Shown here in pieces: positions 59,215 through 64,000 of a stretch of DNA of 64,000 nt. The stretch lies in assembly GCA_964252035.1 (NCBI GenBank), contig OZ176205.1; one strand, written 5' to 3'. Positions within the stretch are counted from its first letter, which is position 1. The number at the start of each line of letters is the position of its first letter. The translations under genes were made by a program, and so were the position numbers. Origin of the DNA: Podarcis erhardii (lineage: Eukaryota). The notes below the pieces were generated by a model, which was given only the letters and a program-made list of their open reading frames with translations, made no database searches and was not told the DNA's origin.

Positions 59215-62200
59215 CATTTATAAATACTGTTGTGTTTACAAGCATCATAGATGTGGATATTATCCCCAAACTTTCAAACATATACTTAGAATACTATATA
59301 ACAATCAAGAAAACAAAAACCATTCATCTCAAGAGTTTGAAAGGCCACTCAAAAAATTGCATAAAAATACATTCTTTCTCATCACTCACAGGCTAGTCTT
59401 TTCTCCAAGTAGTGTATTTACAACAATCTGTAAAACTCTCCTTAAAACAGGTAAGTACAGAATACTTGCAGCTTGGGAAGTTAGCGAGCCAAGTGCATAA
59501 CACCACTCTTTCCCACGAGTTAGCATTTGCAGAGGGGACTTGTTACTAGATTCCTCAACAACATGAGGGAAGCAAGGAGAGGGGACAACACAAGAGGCCC
59601 TGTGGCAACAGCTCGGGCTGTGCTGTTTTTCGAGAGTATTTACTGAGAACACTCTGAAAGTCATATACGCCAAGGGTCCGATTTGCCCCAGGAAAAGAGA
59701 GAACAGTTGTCAGGGGAAAGGAACAGAGGAAGAAAAGAATTGCCCCTAGGAATTGGGTTAAATTTCACCTGTGAGCTGCTTGTGGAGTTAATCTTTGTAA
59801 AAAGCCCTTCATGGAACATGCTGCTTCTAGGAGAATCATGCAAAAGGATTTTCAAACATGAAGGTGATCATGATCCAAATCTAAGTCACTCAGGGAAAAG
59901 GCCTTGGGGAGTCTGCTAGCTTGAAATAAACTTAAAATTGCCTTTTGAAACAGGCCCCTTAACATTGCTGAAGGAAGGAGTACATCCAAAAATGCTGGGC
60001 TTTGAGTTGTGCAACAGGTGGGCTAATATGGCAGGAGTGAAGTAGAATAAAGGAAAACAAAGATGAAAGTAGGGGGCATCAGTGTGAGTGCAAAGGACAA
60101 ATTTCTATCTCAGGGTGGGCGGGGGGAGAGATTTCTGCCTTCTGACTCGCTTGCAAGGAGTCCAAGCAAAACATGATTAATCTGAGATACAGATGAACAC
60201 CCATTCAAAAAAAATTGGAGACATGTTTGTTAAGGAGAATCTGCATTTGAATCAAAGTGGGAATTTGGAAGTCGTCCAGAAACGTGCTAAGACCCTGCTC
60301 ACAAACAGCTCTCTAATTCAGAAAGAATTATAGTGGTTATGGGGGAAAGCAAACATGATACAGTAGAAATCATCTCTCAAGTATATTTTGATTTCAATCA
60401 TGATTTCTATTCACTGTCAGTAAATCCCAGGCCTTGGCGACCTACCATCACCTGGTAATGGCAGAACTGGCAGGGCAGGGGAGAGATATTCAGTCAATAT
60501 CCTTTGTGGGGGAAAGGACTACATTCTGCACTTTACCATCTACAGGCATACATTAAGCTCACCAGCCTTGGGAGCAGACTAGCTATTCCCTAATGAAAAA
60601 CAACTGTTAAGTCTCCCAAGCACAGTCAGGGAGTTGCATACGATTTGACCTATTGGCAAATATCATCATGGCGAGTCTTATCATTCCTGGTTATCCCATG
60701 AGAATAAGACTTTTAAATGCTAATGAACAACCACCGACTGGATTGTATCCACAGCCCTTAAAAGAAGTCAGTCCTATGGCATCAAATACTTTGCTATCAG
60801 ATTTCTATAGACTGGCTTCTGATAATAATTATTCCTATGTGGACTAGAAACCACCAATAAATCTGAAATTAGCTGATTTGATAAAACACAGTGCACTCTT
60901 AAACCCTGACTTACTGAAGATGACTGACTGAATTATATCTGGTCAGATCTCTAGAGTCATTCTTTAATTCCTTCCATTAACAGTAAATCAATATGGACAG
61001 TGCACAGATGCTGCATCATCAGCTGTCACAAAATACAGATGAAATCAAGTACACATGCTCTTGCAGCTCTAAATCTACCCCCCACTTAAAATTCCATTTC
61101 CATTCCACTGGTTAAGAGTTCTCTGCATATGACAGCTGTTCATCCATATTATTCATGTTGTATTTTAGCAGTACAACACAACCTCCTTTAATGTAAGGCA
61201 TTCAACCGCAATATTGTCAGCTCTCAATACTACTTCTGTATCTGCATTTGTTTCCTTCAACTTGGCCCTTTTTGCATGCCTCTAGTTTCTTCTGAAACTT
61301 TGCTTCAGACCAACAAACCACCGCACATAAACCTCGCGTTCACAATTTGCAAGCAATGAAACCCGCTCCTTCCTTACTCCAAGCTCTGCTTCTTATATCA
61401 AAAAAGTTGCACTGGAACTTCAATACAGATGCGGAAGAGGTTTCTAAGACCTTCGACATGCAAGTACGTCTTAGGATGTACACTGAGCTGTAGAAGCTTC
61501 TGGGAGTAAGAAAACAGTAAGGCAGAAGAGTTTAAAGAAAAACCACCCAGTGCCTTCCAGTTAAAAGCTCTCACAGCTCACAGAATAAACTTGCAGTGGT
61601 TTCTCCGCATAATTTGTACTTTATGTAGAGGATATTCTAGCAGACTTCACAATTATAACTAACATTATATAAATCCATTGGAACACTAAAACGCACTAGT
61701 ACAAAGCAATCATAATTCAGTAGCAGTAATATTTTCTCTCTGGGTTTTCTTAAAAACAGGCATGAATTTGCTTATGAGTGGACTGTCCTGAATTGTCTAC
61801 TCCCTTGGTTAAAACATTATATTAAAATAATAGCCTGCATTTGAACAATCATATATCAGCTTAATCAATCAAGATATGATTTTGCTCCTGTACACAGCCC
61901 CTCGGCTGCTCCCTTTTGAGTGAGTTGTGTTTCAACAAGGGCCTCTATTTACCAGTGTTTTCCAGTTTGTGAAACTATGGCTACCAGCTTTGGAACAAGA
62001 CAGGATTGTCAAACCAAATTCAAACTAAGATTTAAGATCCAGGCTTCCCCCCATGTTATTCCTGGTTTAGTCACAGCTTGGACAAAATAACAGCATGATG
62101 GGGGCGGGGGGGCAGAACTCTCATTCATACCTCAGTTTTTTAAGGTGAAATGGTTGTCCAATCCAGGCCAGTGTTAACTTTAATACTGGAATAAAAATGG

Positions 62201-64000
62201 GTTCTCGTGTGATTGGTTTAGGGAAGTCTTACTAAGGAAGACAAAGCTATGTATTAAAATAAATAAAAAATTGATTATCTTTTACATGACATGAAGCCCA
62301 GAATGTCAAGACACAGGATACTTGGAGGACAACACTGATATCGGTGACCCCCAAAAATAATCTGCTTAAGTAACTTTCAGTAGCACTAGCTATCATAGTG
62401 TTTTGGCTTGTCAACAGGATTAAGTAGCTCACGTAATTTCAGGCTGGACAGAATTCAAGTTTAAATATCAAATCCCAACGTTAAAAAGGCTCAACTTCAT
62501 AGGTCACCATCCTTCATGCTGTATCAATGTGGCCATCTGTGGTCTTTTAGATGCTGCTGGAGTCCCACTCCCACCATCCCTGGCCATGTTGTGTGGGGCT
62601 GGGGGGAACTGGAGCCCTCCAACTTCTGCAGGGCCACAGGCAAGCCATCCTTGCTGCATTAGCCACAATAGTCTGTGTCTTTTAAGGTCCACACAATGAA
62701 ACTGTGAGATATACTTAACCTACTGTATGCTAAGTGAGAACTGGCAACAGGAGAATGTAGGGATCATTACAGAATGGACCATAAGCACCAGACGCTTGCT
62801 CCTTCTGTGCTGTTAAATGATTATTCATGGCAGAGTCTGAAAAAGTTCAGCCAAATACTCTCACTGGTGTAAAATCAGATAGACTGGTGAGCTAGAATGC
62901 TTGAGCTGGAAGATACCACTCACAGAGATCAGTGCATGTTGTGGCCAGTATAAAACAACCCCCACAAGCCTTTCTAGCTCTGAAACAAGGTTGGTAGGAA
63001 GGTAACTGTTGAAGAAAAGCACTGGATGTAAGAAAAGCAACACATAAAATTAGTAGAGTATAAGAGGTTGTACCAGATAATTTATCTGACCCATCCAGAA
63101 TCCTGACTATCTGCTGTTCTTAAAATGAAACATAATGTCAGAAAATATTTCTGGTGCTTCTTTTTTTTTTAAGCAATAGTTTGCTAGGAACTCAAGAGTT
63201 TACCTTGTTTCTGTTCAAAGGGACAAGCTATGCTCACCATAGTAGAAGCCTGAATTAGTCTTTTGAGATGCTTCTATGCAAAGATGATATCCACTGGTTA
63301 TTAACTGAATTCATACAGTTCTGCTCAGAAACGGAGTGCAAACATATGGAGTCTCCATATTTGAGAGAAACAGATTTCTAATTGTGCAATGGGACTTCAA
63401 TGTCCTCTCCTTCCTTCTGAAGTCCCTGGTATGCCCTCAAACTTGCTCAAGGGTTGGGGGGGGCCCTCTGGAGATTCTGAGAGTGCATAGGGGTAAGAAA
63501 GGAAGATGAAGTCTTGCTGAGTCTCTTTGCACAATTCTGTCTTCATCTCAGAGCTGATTCCATAACTGATCAAAAAAGCACCTTCCCCTCTGATAAATGC
63601 TGGATGAAATGTCTGAATTTCTACTGCTCACTTGTATGCTTTCAAGAGTAGTTATTCTCAGATCCCAAAGTTCCTTATTTTAAATAATTGTGAGAATTAA
63701 AAGAATGCAGGGAAAGAACAGAGCAAGTCCACTGGCAAGTTGCCATATTGACAGGAAACTCCTTAACAGGTTCTGCAGATGAAATCCGGTTCTCTGTAGT
63801 ATCCAGAAGAACAGAGCGTGCAAATTAGTTACATCATGATAACCTATAAACATGAATTCGTTCATTTCCAGTATGCAGAGAAATGGCTTTTTGAGAAATC
63901 TAGGCCCTGCTGTTGATGCCCTCATTAAATGCAAATTTGTGTCTTACAACTGCGCAAATGATCACAGTATCAAAATTCTCAGACATCATAGAATGCTACT

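Overview
Vertebrate genomic DNA from a squamate reptile, probably a lacertid lizard (Sauria SINEs, BovB and squamate-type CR1/L2/L1/Penelope/hAT/mariner repeats). It has two short assembly gaps. The only protein-coding gene I can support is synaptotagmin-2 (SYT2) on the + strand: 8 coding exons from 33602 to 50295 that splice in frame into a 431-aa protein (luminal N-terminus, TM, C2A, C2B), with one GC-AG intron and a probable ~5.3 kb 3'UTR. The non-coding first exon and promoter are not visible, so 1-33580 is probably intron 1 or upstream DNA. Sequence after ~55.6 kb may be the 3'UTR of a convergent minus-strand gene (PPP1R12B by human synteny; no coding exon seen). Most notable observations: (1) one TSD-bounded insertion joining an antisense, polyadenylated 7SK retrocopy head-to-head with an L1 3' end, with a poly(A) tail at both ends; (2) two independent Penelope-like insertions forming 561-bp and 179-bp near-perfect hairpins, each arm carrying a minimal hammerhead ribozyme motif; (3) a 29-nt 3'-truncated U6 retrocopy with an 18-bp TSD; (4) two near-identical mariner MITEs in opposite orientation bracketing seven coding exons (circRNA candidate); (5) a candidate intronic terminal exon giving a C2-less SYT2 that ends in a PDZ-type -SVL. 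Family names come from recalled consensus sequences, not from database searches.
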